A stretch of 64,000 nucleotides of DNA. It comes from Adineta vaga. Its lineage: Eukaryota > Animalia > Rotifera. Both the position numbers and the translations under genes were made by a program. This document shows positions 61,719 through 64,000 of this stretch, one piece after another. Location: positions 12,028,001 to 12,092,000 of the forward strand of contig CP075493.1 of the NCBI GenBank assembly GCA_021613535.1. The letters are read 5' to 3'. Below the pieces are notes generated by a model. That model had not been told where the DNA came from. It saw only the letters and a program-made list of their open reading frames with translations, and ran no database searches. The number at the start of each line of letters is the position of its first letter. Position 1 is the first letter of the stretch.

Positions 61719-64000
61719 ATGATAATTAATAAGCTACTTTTTATATGTGTGTTCTTACATATTTCAATTGTGGATACTTCTCATTTCCGTGGTGGTACAA
61801 TTACATGGTTAGTTCTCGAAATATTTTGATTATATCCGTATTTTTCTACTAGGTATCCTCTGAATAATAAACCGTCGGGTAATACAGTTGTTATTCAAAT
61901 TCGTCAACGTTGGGCATGGCGTCTTTCTGCAGCACTTTGTAACCATTTGATTATAGCTTCGAAACATCTTATTGGAGACCCAAGCGTGCTTTCTTGTATC
62001 TCAGGCAACTGTAACTATTGGAGTAATACTTTGACTACACAAACATACTGTACGGATTTTAGCACTAATGTTGATGTTAGTTACGGTGAAAAATATGATA
62101 CTCGAACCATACCTATTGGTGTTCAATTCAGTATTGCTTTCTCGTCATGCTGTTGGTTTGTATCTCTTGTTATTGGAGCAGGTAGTCCATGGAATGTTGT
62201 CACTCGAATCAATACTATTATTCGACCTGATGGTTATATTAATTCCAGTCCTAGTGCTGCTATTATGCCCCTGATCTATAAACAAGTTAATATCCAACAT
62301 ACTCATGTTATTCAAATGGTTGATCCTGATGCAAGTGACATTTTACGATGTCGATGGGCAAGTGTAGCTGGTAATGTTAATAGTTATAATGAATGTGGTG
62401 GTGTCTGTTCAGGTATTCCTGGTGCTACTCTTATTACAAATAATTGTACGCTTATATTTACACTTACAAGACCTAGCATTTATGCTGCCGTAGCATTACA
62501 AATTGAAGATTATTATAATGAAACATCAAGCATACCAATGAGTTCTGTTCCAGTCCAATTTCTTTTCTATGGTTATACTCCTATTAGTACTTGTATAACT
62601 CCACCAAATCTCATTAGTAATCGACCTGATCCTGGTAAGTTAGAATCTGATTGAAAAGATTATTTTTACTAAAGATCATTGATTTTTGTTAGAATGTGTT
62701 GATACATCAGTTGGTTCAACCGTGACTGAAAGGTTTACCGTACACGTCTTATGTGCCAATAAAGTAATTGTCGATTTTGTCACAAGTTCTCCTTTAGGGA
62801 TGACAAAAAGTGCTATTCGAAGTCCAAGCTTAGGTTAGCATACAAAATATTAATTGTTTAGTTTATATTATAGTTTATTTCAAGGTATCTATGAAATTGA
62901 TTTTAATTGGGTTCCAGCTACGAGTCAACGTGGTTCGCAAAGTCTCTGTATTGGAGCTGTCGACAATACCAATATTCAATCCAATCAATTATGTACTACT
63001 TATTTAGTCGACTTTGAAGCACCTAGTTTTATTCGAAATTCAGCTCGACCTGTTGGTACTACGTTTGAAAATCAAACTACTTTTTCGATTCGAAGTCATC
63101 TCGATTCTTAGAATATAATTATGATGTTTTATTAAATTCATATATTTTAGGTACAAAACCAATTTCTCGTCCATCATCTGGAAAGGGTGGTGAAATCCAT
63201 TTCTTTGATGCTACTCTCAATAAACTTGTTGAATCGTTCAAGTCTACTTCGCAATCAGATGTAAAATATTCAGAGTTCGAAATCTTCATCAAGTTCAAAA
63301 AAGCACCATGGATTATTGGCCATTCTTACTACGTCAAACTTGATGCTGGTATATATTAAATTCATTATGTTACAGTTGATTACTGATAAGTATGCTCACG
63401 TTATTTTTCATTTTAGTTGTCGCAATTGCAAGTGGAAGTGCATCTTGTCGTAAGTGATTTCGAAATGAAGAAAAGAAGATAACTTAATTAATAAATTATT
63501 CTAGTCCCTGGAACTACAGCAATCAATGATTCAAAATTTTGGAGGTTCAACATTTGGGATCCATCAGTCACATTAGTAACAACTGAAAGCAGTCATTTAG
63601 TATGTTGATCTTAATGAAATATTCTTCGAATTCCTTTTTTATTACTTTCTAGTCAACAAAATCTAGTCTAGAAAACGTGGACGATACAACTGCAACTACA
63701 GATAGCATGCAAAGTTTACCACCGTCAAGTAATGATGTCTACGAAGTGAAAATCTTCTTTTGAATGTACAAAATTCATTTCATTTAGGTTGTCATAAACG
63801 TGAAATTCAATTCGATCCAGATGGATCATCTTTATCCAAACCAATCAATTTCCTATACAATGAAGATATTCATATTAATTCAAAAGTTATATTGAATTGT
63901 ACATCTCGATTTTCGATTACAATTTTTTGGACAATTATCACGTGTTCACCAACCTGTTCTCAATTAACTCAAATCACATTTTCATTTGAACCATCAAAAA
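61719..64000 (+). CDS. Large secreted/membrane protein with SHFRGGTITW-type N-terminal domain, possibly PKD1/REJ-like; 3'-partial, multi-exon
   Basis: Signal peptide MIINKLLFICVFLHISIVDT then SHFRGGTITW, FSSCCW, RPDGYINSSP, D.D..D.LRCRW and ALQIED. Thr-rich linker. The last exon (C..REI...SS...P......DI.INS...LNC) resembles the start of a REJ-like region. Confidence 0.75.

Noticed and set aside
1-64000. Prokaryotic origin, contamination or CRISPR array
   Set aside because: Spliceosomal introns and animal gene families are interleaved with the bacterial-like genes at similar AT content. No repeat-spacer array is visible.

Overview
This is AT-rich eukaryotic genomic DNA with many short (~50-60 nt) GT-AG introns. 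The gene families (orphan 7TM receptors, LDLa/EGF-7TM, NHL, FG-GAP, kelch, TPR- and ankyrin-ADP-ribosyltransferases) and several intronless foreign-looking enzymes point to a bdelloid rotifer (Adineta/Rotaria-like). That assignment is an inference, not a database result. The window holds about 20 intact genes plus several broken ones. In order: the 3' part of an ATP8B-like P4-ATPase; a receiver-like/ART/TPR protein; orphan GPCRs; a secreted, probably GPI-anchored SxxK serine hydrolase; a co-oriented trio (active ankyrin-ART with a Tyr-rich tail, catalytically degenerate ankyrin-ART, frameshifted Tyr-kinase-like gene); FG-GAP and aldo-keto reductase genes 144 nt apart; a 1604-aa LDLa/EGF-7TM; an NHL/EGF receptor; an SDP1/TGL-type patatin lipase; a PAN plus 2-kelch protein; a ZnT pseudogene fragment; and the 5' part of a large secreted PKD1/REJ-like gene. 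There are also two MITE-like inverted-repeat elements. The best candidates for something undescribed are (1) an intact Tlde1/DUF2778-type L,D-transpeptidase/carboxypeptidase at 59485-59835, a family known as a bacterial T6SS cell-wall toxin, apparently domesticated in an animal genome, and (2) the ART/pseudo-ART/kinase cassette at 18652-24712. All family calls come from motif recognition by eye; no searches were run. I saw no rRNA, tRNA or CRISPR array.
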